Origin: Octopus sinensis
Lineage: Eukaryota
Assembly: GCF_006345805.1 (NCBI RefSeq)
Contig: NC_043005.1
Coordinates: forward strand, 63,240,001 to 63,304,000
DNA: 64,000 nt
Reading direction: 5' to 3'
Part shown: positions 53,651-64,000 of the stretch, in pieces
Position numbering within the stretch: position 1 is the stretch's first letter
How the letters are laid out: every line of letters begins with the position of its first letter
Translations under genes and position numbers: made by a program
Notes under the pieces: model-generated
Databases searched by the model: none
Seen by the model: the letters and a program-made list of their open reading frames with translations, nothing else
What the model was told of the DNA's origin: nothing

Positions 53651-56106
53651 TAGGACCAAAGACTGGAGGTGTTTCGTGTTGCAAGACAGTGTGTGAGAGA
53701 GAATCGTGATGTGGTAGGAGAGAAGTTCACTTGCGCTAAATGAGGATGCAAAGAGAGAGGTTTGGAGATGCCACTATGAAAGGTTGCTGAATGAAGAAAA
53801 TGAATGGGATAAAGAGAGTCTGCCGAATGTTGACCCAACAGAGGGACCAGCTATCCGAGTTGATAGTTCCGTGGTAGCTAAGGCAATTAGAAGCATGAAG
53901 ACAGGGAAAGCCCCAGGCCATCAGGAATCACTGCAGAGATGCTCAAAATGTCTGGTAGTGTCGGCTATAGCCTAGTCACCCGTATAGTTAATCAGGTGAT
54001 ACACAAAGGGGTCATACCCAATGACTGGGTGTAGCAGTATAATAGTCAACTGCTACAAAGGTAAAGGTGATGCCTAGATACAAATAACTACAGAGGTATC
54101 AAGCTGTTGGATCAGGTGATGAAGGTTACGGAGAGGGTCATAGCCCAACTAATTAGAGAGAGAGTTAGTTTAGATGAGATGCAGTTTGGGTTTGTGCCAG
54201 GGAAAAGTATTACTGATGCTATATTCCTGGTAAGGCAGCTGCAGGAGAAATACCTAGCCAAAGATAGCCCTGTACCTGGCTTTTGTTGACATGGAGAAAG
54301 CCTTCGACAGGGTCCCCCGATCCCTTATCTGGTGGGCAATGAGGAAACTAGGGATAGATGAATGGTTAGTGAGAGCTGTGCGGGCCATGTATAGGGACGC
54401 TGCTAGTAGGGTGAGGGTTGGAAATGAGTACAGTGAAGAATTCCGGGTAGAGGTAGGGGTCCACCAAGGCTCAGTACTCAGCCTCCTCCTATTTATCATA
54501 GTCTTCCAGGCAATAACGGAGGAATTCAAGACAGGATGCCCTTGGGAGCTCCTCTATGCTGATGACCTTGCTCTAATTGCTGAGTCGCTATCAGAACTGG
54601 AGGAGAAGTTTCAGGTGTGGAAACAAGGATTAGAATCGAAGGGCCTCAGAGTCAATCTAGCTAAAACCAAAGTCGTCGTATCAGTAGGAAGGTAGACAAA
54701 TCACAAACACCTTCAGGTAGATGGCCCTGCTCGATCTGTAGAAAAGGTGTAGGTAGAGAAACTCTATAAGATGCACCAAGTGTAAGCTATGGACACATAA
54801 GAGATGCAGCAATGTCAAAGGAAGGCTAACTAGGAAGATGGTTTTTGTATGTGGCAGATGCTCGGGAACAATAAACACTGAAAATGCTCTGAGACCAACT
54901 TCCGTCACTTCCAGGGAGAAAAACTAGAAATAGTTGATAGTTTCCGTTACCTAGGTGACCAAGTCAGCAGCGGGGCGGGGTGTGCTGAAAGTATAACTGC
55001 TAGAGTAAGAATAGCTTGGGCAAAGTTCAGAGAGCTCTTACCTCTGCTGGTGACAAAAGGCCTCTCGCACAGAGTGAAAGGCAGACTGTATGATGCGTGT
55101 GTACGAACAGCCATGCTACATGGCAGTGAAACATGGGCCGTGACTGCTGAGGATATGCGTAAGCTCGCTAGAAATGAAGCCAGTATGCTCCGATGGATGT
55201 GTAATGCCGGTACTCACACTCGGCAGAGTGTAAGTACCTTGAGAGAAAAGCTGGACCTAAGAAGCATCAGTTGTGGTGTGCAGAGAGAGAGATGTGTTGC
55301 GCTGGTATGGTCATGTGGCGAGAATGGCTGAAGATAGTTGTGTGAAAAAGTGCCACACCCTAGCGGTTGAGGGAACCTGTGGAAGAGGCAGACCCAGGAA
55401 AACCTGGGACGAGGTGGTGAAGCACGACCTTTGAACTTTAGGTCTCACTGAGGAAATGACTAGAGACCGAGACCTCTGGAAGTGTGCTGTGCGCGAGAAG
55501 ACCGGCAGGACAAGTGAGTCCATAACCCGTGGCCTTCTACATGGGATGGAGCCAGCCTACGTATGCATACCTTCCCTTCTTGGGACACAAAACTCTACTT
55601 GTGAAGACGTGTTGAGGCAAGTGAGGATCAGAATCGAAATCGATCAATGGAAATTGCGGATGTGTTACCAGTGCCGGTGGCATGTCGAAACTCTACTTGT
55701 GAAGACCCGTTGAGGCAAGTGAGGATCAGAATCGAAATCGATCAATGGAAATTGCAGATGTGTTACCAGTGCCGGTGGCATGTAAGAGAACTTTCCGTTT
55801 CGCGACCGTTGCCAGCACCATCCCGTTTCGTGTCCGTTGCCAGCCTCGCCTGGCCCTCGTGCCGGTGGCACATAAAAAGCACCATCCGTTCGTGGCCGTT
55901 TGCCAGCTCTGTCTGGCACCAGTGCGGGTGGCACGTAAAAAGAACCCACTACACTCACCGAGTGGTTGGCGTTAGGAAGGGCATCCAGCCGTAGAAAAAC
56001 TGCCAGATTTGACTGGGCCTGATGAAGCCTTCTGGCTTCACAGACCCCAGTAGAACCGTCCAACCCATGCTAGCATGGAAAACGGACGCTAAACGATGAT
56101 GATGAT
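53651..56106 (+). mobile_element. RTE LINE, 5'-truncated 2.45 kb: frameshifted RT ORF, 3' UTR, (GAT)n tail
   Basis: MKTGKAPG, NNYRGIKLLD, QFGFVPGKS, DMEKAFDRVP, GVHQGSVLS, LLYADDL, FRYLGD, HGSETWA; tail CCCATGCTAGCATGGAAAACGGACGCTAAACGATGATG. Confidence 0.95.
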
Positions 56107-56149
56107 GTATATGTAATAATAATGATAATAAATAATAAATAATATATAT

Positions 56150-56232
56150 ATGAGCGCCATACTAATACAATTGTTTGTTTGTTTTCCACCTGCCTTCGTC
56201 TTTTGTCTATTTTCATAAAGCTTCCTGTTATA
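56150..56232 (+). mobile_element. 3' part of the 8300-8458 element family, ending at (TA)n
   Basis: GAGCGCCATACTAATACAATTGTTTG...CCACCTGCCTTCGTCTTTTG. Confidence 0.6.
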
Positions 56233-56868
56233 TATATATATATATATATATATATGCATATATGGATACAGGACGTCACCAACTGTGTAAACGACAGGAA
56301 ATATGGAGACAAGCAAGTTAAATACATAAACAACAACAAAAAATTAAAAACAGGACAAGTAAACACAGAGAAACAATTCTTCATCAGTTGTCAGCTGTCT
56401 ATCTACTCCTCATTTCGAGCATTCAACGACAATATGAGTCTCCAAAGACAATTGCTCCCATCAATTCAAAAATAAAATTTAGGATTTATGGAAGGTCAAA
56501 GTTGGGAACAAAAACGAAAACAAGCATGGTGGTCATTAGACCAGAACAAGAGGAAAATAATGAAAGCCGGGAGAAATATTTTCTTTGAAAAGAGAAAAGA
56601 TAGAAGTGAGGAAAAAACATCAGATCCTTTCAACATCTGTGCAGGAAAAGAAAGATGGTCACACAAGGAAAGGAAAAAAATGGACGATGGTCACATGTGA
56701 GCAATGAGAGAGAAAAAAAGAGAATTAGAGAAGGATGGAGGAAGAAAACAGTATAAAGTAGTGTTGCATCAAAAAAAGTGAAGATAAACTTACTTAGAAA
56801 ATGATGCATGTTATTCAATTAAATAGTAATAATAAATAATATATAAATGCACATGGGTACATTTAGCA

Positions 56869-56905
<37 letters not shown>

Positions 56906-57192
56906 CTTTTTTCTTCATTTTCTGTCTACCAGTTACAGTCATAAAGTATTGGTTGACCCAGGGCTATAGTATAGAATGCTACCCAACACCATTTGCACAG
57001 TGGAACTAAATCTCTAACCATATGATTTTAAAGTAAGTTTCCTGGCTGCACACCTATACCTGTGCTTCCAGCCATGCTATGAAACTTATTTACATGTAAG
57101 ATGTAGTGTTGAACAGTAATTTCTTTTTAGCAAGATAATGGTCACAAACATTTTCTAGCAAGTTCATATAATGAAAGAACAATCTATTTTAA

Positions 57193-57418
57193 CCCTTTAG
57201 CATTTAAATTGCCTATATCCAGCCCAAATATTCTACTAGTTTTTTTTTAATTATTAAAACCAGCCAGATCTTACCTTTCACATATAACCTACAATGTCAT
57301 TCTAAAATCCTACTCCTCATCATTGAAATGTTGTAACTACAAAATGATGCATGAATAATTAAATGTAACGTCAATAAATAAGCATTGCATTTGATAGACT
57401 AATTGGAATGCTAAATTG
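57193..57418. mobile_element. piggyBac-type MITE
   Basis: TTAA-CCCTTTAGCAT ... ATGCTAAATTG-TTAA; TTAA at both ends. Confidence 0.7.
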
Positions 57419-58134
57419 TTAAGAAAAATATTTGTGGTATGACTGAACTTTGTGAGAACAGCAGAAATGAGGGAAATGGTAATTCCCAAGGTAAAAAAAA
57501 GGGTCACTTTTATCTAAGTTAAAATTCTGCTTATAATTTCATCACATTAGTGCATATGTACAAAAAATATTGTACAGTAGATTTAATTGGCTAGTTTAGA
57601 GTATAGCCAAAAAAGCATGGCTAAAGTCAGCCTAAAGAAATTTATATACTACTGGTCTTGATTAAGTCAACAGTACAAATAGTTGACTTGACTTGTGTCT
57701 AGCCAAAATAAATCAATAGTGTTGAAATTAGCGGATACAGAGATCTGGCTTTGATATAGCTTCTGAAGTTTATGTATTCAAAGGCTGTTGTTCTACAAGT
57801 TAATTTGATATTGTTTACTCATGTTTATGGTTCTTCCTCTCTCTCTCCACCTCCACTCTCTCCCTCCCCTTCCTTTTTACTTTGCTGACACATTATTCCA
57901 TATATATATAGATTGAAATATCATCTATCTATCTATCTCTGTTTCGCTTTCTCTCTCTCAATATATATATATATATATACATATGGCGGTGCCCCAGCAT
58001 GGCCACAGCTTGTGAGCTGAAACTAGATAAAATAAAATTAAAATATATATATATAATATATATTATATATATACACACATATATATGTGTACGTTCCAAA
58101 ACATATACATATGAGTGTGTGTGTGTATCTATAT

Positions 58135-58612
58135 CTCCCTAGCACCATCACAATCATGCGCAAGGCCCAGCTGAGATGGGCGGGCCACGTCTCCCGCATG
58201 TCCGACACTCGCATCCCAAAACAGCTCTTCTACGGTGAACTCGGCCAGGGCAGGCGCAAAGTCGGAGGGCAGAAAAAGCGCTACAAGGATAGTCTCAAGG
58301 TCTCTCTCAAAGACTTCTCCATCGGAACAGAGACCTGGGAGACACTTGCTGCCAACCGCTCATCCTGGCGCAGCGCAATCACCGTGGGAGCAGGGACAGC
58401 CGAGGAGGGACGGATTCGGTCAGCGGAGCAGAAACGTCAGATGCGTAAAGTCAGAGCCGCCTGCACCAGTAGCACTGCCCCTACCCACTTCTGCCCCACC
58501 TGTGGGAGGGGCTTCCTTGCCCGGATTGGCCTCACCAGCCACCTCCGGTCTCATGGCGGCAGTTCCATCAGATGATGTCAGTTGGTCATCTTCGAACCGA
58601 AGGACGAACATT
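58135..58612 (+). mobile_element. RTE-BovB-like LINE 3' fragment with open ORF and C2H2 finger
   Basis: QLRWAGHVSRMSDTRIPKQLFYGEL..G.R..GGQKKRYKDSLK...CPTCGRGFLARIGLTSHLRSH*, tail GGTCATCTTCGAACCGAAGGACGAAC. Confidence 0.9.
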
Positions 58613-59236
58613 ATATATATATATATATGGTAGAAATATGTTACAAAAAGAAAATATAAAATACACGTGGAAATGTAAGGGTAAAATATGAAAAATCAAT
58701 GAAAATGCATATTGCAAATCGAAAAAGGCTATTTATGACAGGTAACGACAAATATATACATTTAGATTAACTGAGGTAGTGATACGAGTCATAAAAGTAA
58801 GAGAGCAAAACGAACCAATAGTTTACGCAAAGCTATTCATCGTTTGAACAACATATATAATGAATAACAAAAAGCAAATTTAAAAAAATAAATTTAAAAA
58901 ATTAAAAGATTAAAAAATAAATAAATAAATAAATAAATAAATTAATTAATTAATAAACAAAATAATATATAAATATAAAAATATACATACATATATATAT
59001 ATTTGTATATATATATTTAAAATTTATAAGTTTAAATTATTTTAATAATTTTTTAATTTTTAACTTTTATATTTTAAATTAATTGGCTTATGTTTTTCAC
59101 TGTTTGATTTGCCTAATAGTGGTTTTATCTCTAATTTAATACAATATAATATAATATATTTATACTATAAAATTGGATTTAATCCTAAATCTAATTTTTC
59201 CTTGTAAGTTTGGATTTATTCCCTAATATTATTATT

Positions 59237-59267
<31 letters not shown>

Positions 59268-60100
59268 AATTTATATATAGAGGGCATTATACATACATGC
59301 CAGATGGCATTATACATACATGCCACACGCTAAGAGGGACAATTAGTCATTTCTACCAAAAATATTACTAATCCCACCGAATGCAATTTTTCAAAGTAAG
59401 ACATTTAAAAAATATAGACCTGTATCACCGTGATTTCATACTTACGTATTCATCAGCAGGCCTGGATGTATCATACATAAACGACCCTGCCTCGCTTAAG
59501 TCGATCAGCTAACTGATCAACATCAACGAAGCACATGGGTGAGTTTACATATATTACATCCTGTAAATGTCAGACTTTTACGAATTGCATTTCGGGAAAG
59601 GAAAAGTTTTTTCGGAATAAAAATTTAGCAATTAAGGACAACTACTTAATAAGGAAAACTTAACAAGAAATTGTCAGGTAGATAGCGTGAAAACCTCATA
59701 AGAGAAAAAATTTCGAAAATAATTATTTCTTATTGAACATATTAATTTATATATAGAGGGCATTATACATACATGCCAGATGGCATTATACATACATGCC
59801 AAACGCTAAGAGGGACAATTAGTCATTTCTACCAAAATTTTTTTAAATGTCTTACTTTGAAAAATTGCATTCGGTGGGATTACTAATATTTTTGGTAGAA
59901 ATGACTAATTGTCCTTCTTAGCGTGTGGCATGTATGTATAATGCCATCTGGCATGTATGTATAATGCCCTCTATATATAAATTAATATGTTCAATAAGAA
60001 ATAATTACTTTCGAAATTTTTCTCTTATGAGGTTTTCACGCTATCTACCTGACAATTTCTTGTTAAGTTTTCCTTATTAAGTAGTTGTCCTTAATTGCTA
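59268..60100. mobile_element. Hammerhead-bearing repeat element (476-bp period) with inverted segment, embedded in (TA)n
   Basis: 59268-59361 repeated at 59744-59837; 59626-59837 and 59890-60100 are near-perfect inverted arms; spacer 59838-59889 is the reverse complement of about 59361-59412. Confidence 0.85.
59416..59463 (-). ncRNA. Type I hammerhead ribozyme (canonical core)
   Basis: AGGCCTG CTGATGA ATAC gtaa GTAT GAA ATCAC g GTGAT A CAGGTCT: 7-bp stem I (one G-U), CUGAUGA, 4-bp stem II with GNRA loop, GAAA, stem III, AUA triplet; predicted cut between 59423 and 59422. Confidence 0.85.
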
Positions 60101-60284
60101 TATATATATATATATATATGTATAGGTGTTTTTACAACTTTTTATCATAAGAAAGATATTCTCCACAGTAACTGCAGTGTATTTACCTTTTAGCAGATGA
60201 AATATGTCATAAATATATTTGATTTGAACTAACTTAAATTCAACATACACACATATATGTATACATATATATATATATATACAA

Positions 60285-60287
60285 ACA

Positions 60288-60345
<58 letters not shown>

Positions 60346-60368
60346 TGTATGCATGCATGCATGCATGC
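60285..60368. repeat. Perfect (ACAT)8/(ATGT)8 palindrome followed by (ATGC)n
   Basis: 64-bp spacer-less palindrome centred at 60316/60317. Confidence 0.9.
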
Positions 60369-60526
60369 ACATAATATAACTTGTTATACTGAACAGGTCT
60401 AGGGATACATGTTTGGTGAGGAGGGTGATTTTGGAGCATAAAAGAATAAAAAGTAAATTCTGGAAACAGAATATGCTTCAACACACGAACTCAGATAAAG
60501 AATCTTGCAAACCAATTCCAAAAACG

Positions 60527-60564
<38 letters not shown>

Positions 60565-60639
60565 TATATATATGTATATGCATATATATATATATATACA
60601 TATATGTATATATGTGTGTATCTGTGTGTGTGTGTTTAA

Positions 60640-60681
<42 letters not shown>

Positions 60682-61149
60682 CAGTGTATTTGTATATTAG
60701 TACTTTAATACAGCTCGTAATATATTAGGTTAAAAAACTTGTGATGAAAGAAAAGTCTGAAATCTCAAACAAAACTCAAACCATTCAGCATCTATAACCA
60801 TGATAGATGTGCTACCAATTGCATTAAACTAACCTTTGGTCTCCTTCCCCCATTAAGTAAGCTGCTTTAATCTCACAAGCTCATAGAAGATACATGGTTT
60901 AATTACCCAATCTATAACAAGCTACTATTATTTATAACTATATACACTGATAAATGACTTATTTACATATCTCATAATGCTTCTGCATTTATAGTTTAAA
61001 TATAAACATATATCATCATAACCATTACTATTTTACATATAGCTTTCATGTTGACTGTACATGAATGCTGTGATAGCAGCGAGAGAAAAGCAGGACTGGA
61101 GGAAACTGTAGATGTGGGAAGAGAGCAGAAGATGGGAGCAGTTAGAGCA

Positions 61150-61372
61150 TTACATGAGAATCGAATGCAAGGAAGGAGTAGTGGGGTTATGCATCAGTAG
61201 GACCCCAGCCACTTCCTTTGGTATCATTCTTTCAATCATGCTTGCCTCAATGGGGCTTCCCCTGCACAACATGTTACCAATCATCACAGATTTTCGTCAT
61301 CTCCTTTGTGAGATTCAGCATTTTGAGATCAGCTTTCACCACTTCTTTCCATGTTTTTTTTTCCAAAGACCT
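61150..61372 (-). mobile_element. Old RTE ORF C-terminus relic
   Basis: Minus translation KTWKEVVKADLKMLNLTKEMTK, cf. KTWDEVVKHDLRTLGLTKEMTR. Confidence 0.6.
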
Positions 61373-61375
61373 CAT

Positions 61376-61421
<46 letters not shown>

Positions 61422-62336
61422 CAAGGTGTCCATAAAGTCTCTTTACAATTTAAAAAAATTATTACAAATGCAGTTGATACGATATTTTAACCAGATTTGT
61501 TTTATTTTAATAATTGTTTATTAAAGTTTTTATTGATATTAACTTTTTGTGTTTCACATACTCTGTTGATGGAAGGGAACTGATTTACTGAACCCCTATA
61601 AAATGAGGATGAAGCATTCCTCGGGCGAGTTTATTTTAGTGACGAGGTGACTTTCGTGTTTCAGGGAAATTAAACAGACACAATGTGAGAATCTGGGGAT
61701 CAGAACACCCCCATATGACTAGGGAGCTTCAACGGGATAGTCCAAAAGTGAATGTGTGATATGAAATCATGTGAAATCGAATAATTGGTCCATTTTTCTT
61801 CAATGAGGCAACAATTACTGCAGGTGTTTACCTTGACCTTCTGACCGAATATGTGGAACCACAACTAATTGATTTACAACCAACCATCATTTTCCAGCAA
61901 GATGGTGCACCACCACATTGGGGACGGCATGTTCGTCAGTTCCTCAATCAAACATTTCCAGACCGATGGATTGGAAAGGATGGGCCAATTCCATGGCCAC
62001 CGCGTTTGCCAGATATCACTCCCTTGGACTTCTTTTTATGGGGTTATGTAAAAGATATCGTGTATCAAACAAAGATATGGGACATTGCTGACTTGAGGCA
62101 AAGGATTTGTAATGCCATTGCCACCATTGATGAGGCTATCTTACAGTGAACATAGCAAGAAATCGAGTACCATCTTGATGGGCTTTGCGCAACTAACAGT
62201 GCCCATATTGAGGTCTATTAAATAACAGTTAAAAAAACTTTAGTAAACAATTATTACAATAAAACAAATCTGGTTATGATAACTTGTCAACTGCTTTTGT
62301 AATAAAATTTTAAAATTGTAAAGAGACTTTATGGAC

Positions 62337-62342
<6 letters not shown>
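61422..62342 (+). mobile_element. rosa-type (DD41D) Tc1/mariner internal-deletion derivative
   Basis: ~110-bp TIRs CAAGGTGTCCATAAAGTCTCTTTACAATTT / AAATTGTAAAGAGACTTTATGGACACCC in TA context; YFSDEVTF, FQQDGAPPH...WPPRLPDITPLDFFLWG with 41 residues between the 2nd and 3rd Asp. Confidence 0.9.
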
Positions 62343-62381
<39 letters not shown>

Positions 62382-62436
62382 TTATGTATGTATGTATGTA
62401 TATATATATATATATGTATGTATGTATGTACGTATG

Positions 62437-62475
<39 letters not shown>

Positions 62476-62487
62476 GTGTATATATAT

Positions 62488-64000
62488 CATCATCATCATC
62501 ATCATCATTTAACGTCCGCTTTCCATGCTAGCATGGGTTGGACGGTTCAACTGGGGTCTGGGGAGCCCGAAAGCTGCACCAGTCCAGTCAGATCTGGCAG
62601 TGTTTCTACAGCTGGATGCCCTTCCTAACGCCAACCACTCCGAGAGTGTAGTGGGTGATTTTATGTGCCACCGACACAGGTGCCAGACGAGGCTGACAAA
62701 CGGCCACGCTCGGATGGTGTTTTTATGTGCCACCGACACAGGTGCCAGACGAGGCTGGCAGACGGCCACGCTCGGATGGTGTTTTTATGTGCCACCGACA
62801 CAGGTGCCAGACGAGGCTGGCAGACGGCCACGCTCGGATGGTGTTTTTATGTGCCACCGACACAGGTGCCAGACGAGGCTGGCAGACGGCCACGCTCGGA
62901 TGGTGTTTTTATGTGCCACCGACACAGGTGCCAGATGAGGCTGGCAAACGGCCACGATCGGATGGTGCTTGTTACGTGCCCACAGCACGGAGGCCAGTCG
63001 ATGCGGTACTGGCTACGGCCACGTTCGGATGGTTTTCTTATATGCCACGTGCCACCGGCACTGGTACCACAAAGATACAAATTCCATTGATGTTCATCTA
63101 TTTTGATTTGTTTTGATTTGATTTGATTTGATTTTCACTTGCCTCAACAGGTCTTCACAAGTGTCACAAGAAGGAAGGTATGCACAGGTGGACTGACTAC
63201 GTCCCAGGTAGGGGCCATGGGTTATGGCCTGACTAGTCTTGCGGGTCTTCGGATGGTGTTTTTATGTGCCACCGACACAGGTGCTAGATGAGGCTGGCGA
63301 ACGGCCACGATCGGATGGTGTTTGTCATGTGCCCACCGCACTGACTACGGCACTGATGGATTTCTTGTGTGCCACAGGCACTGGTACCACAAGATACAAA
63401 TTCCATGATGTTCATCTATTTTGTCTATTTTGATTTGATTTGATTTGATTTTCACTTGCCTCAACCGGTCTTCACAAGTGTCACAAGAAGGAAGGAAGGT
63501 ATGCACAGGTGGACTGACTAGTCTTGCCGGTCTTCGGAAGGTGTTTTTTATGTGCCACCGACACAGGTGCCAGATGAGACTGGCGAACGGCCATGATCGG
63601 ATGGTGTTTGTTACGTGCCCACAGCACGGAGGCCGGTCGATGCGGAACTGGCTACGGCCACGTTCGGATGGTTCTCATGTGTGCCACCGGCACTGGATGG
63701 TTCTCATGTGTGCCACCGGCACTGGTACCACAAAGTGTGTGCCACCGGCACTGGTACCACAAAGATACAGATTCCATTGATGTTCATCTATTTTGATTTG
63801 TTTTGATTTGATTTTCACTTGCCTCAACAGGTCTTCACAAGTGTCACAAGAAGGAAGGTATGCACAGGTGGACTGACTACGTCCCAGGTAGGGGCCATGG
63901 GTTATGGCCTGACTAGTCTTGCCGGGTCTTCGGATGGTGTTTTTATGTGCCACCGACACAGGTGCTAGATGAGGCTGGCGAACGGCCACGATCGGATGGT
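62488..64000 (-). repeat. RTE 3' UTR-derived tandem array: (GAT)n tail, 5 x 62-bp units (62663-62972), then 290-400-bp higher-order units running off the window
   Basis: ATGTGCCACC recurs at 62663, 62725, 62787, 62849, 62911; the block GGCACTGGTACCAC...GACTAGTCTTG recurs three times and matches 18740-18920. Confidence 0.9.

Noticed and set aside
56011-56060. CTGATGA followed by a hairpin in the RTE tail as a possible hammerhead
   Set aside because: No GAAA after the stem; other copies read CTGGTGCAG, so the core is copy-specific
62663-62972. 62-bp units as a CRISPR array or HDV-like ribozyme (CCAG-CCTCGT-CTGG resembles P3/L3)
   Set aside because: No unique spacers, eukaryotic LINE origin; no P1 partner or P1.1 could be built

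Overview
AT-rich, repeat-dominated animal intergenic/intronic DNA. The SINE, LINE and microsatellite content looks like an Octopus (cephalopod) genome; this is inferred from repeat style, not proven. No host protein-coding gene could be supported, and nearly all long ORFs in the track are microsatellite translations. Supported content: (i) at least three tRNA-derived SINE families, with a CORE-like body, a Meta-domain body, or a GTGTYYTTGAGCAAGACACT box; (ii) LINE relics of the RTE, RTE-BovB-like, R4/Dong, Hero and CR1-like groups; (iii) Tc1 (DD36E), mariner and rosa (DD41D) transposon relics plus MITEs; (iv) a candidate triple-CCAAT/TATA promoter near 33.7 kb. The most interesting signal, not visible in the ORF track, is five sequence-unrelated short elements carrying type I hammerhead ribozyme folds. 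One is essentially canonical (59416-59463, minus strand). The others are minimal or core-variant forms of the kind known from Penelope-like elements: U3-A8 at 944-980, U6 at 8314-8351 and 43594-43625, and decayed copies at 33046-33134 and 52176-52219. Most end in (TA)n microsatellites, and two (653-1079 and 59268-60100) share a head-to-head inverted architecture with both 3' ends in (TA)n. This suggests non-autonomous, ribozyme-processed, microsatellite-associated retroelements. All folds were assigned by eye and none has been tested computationally or experimentally. Most element boundaries are approximate.
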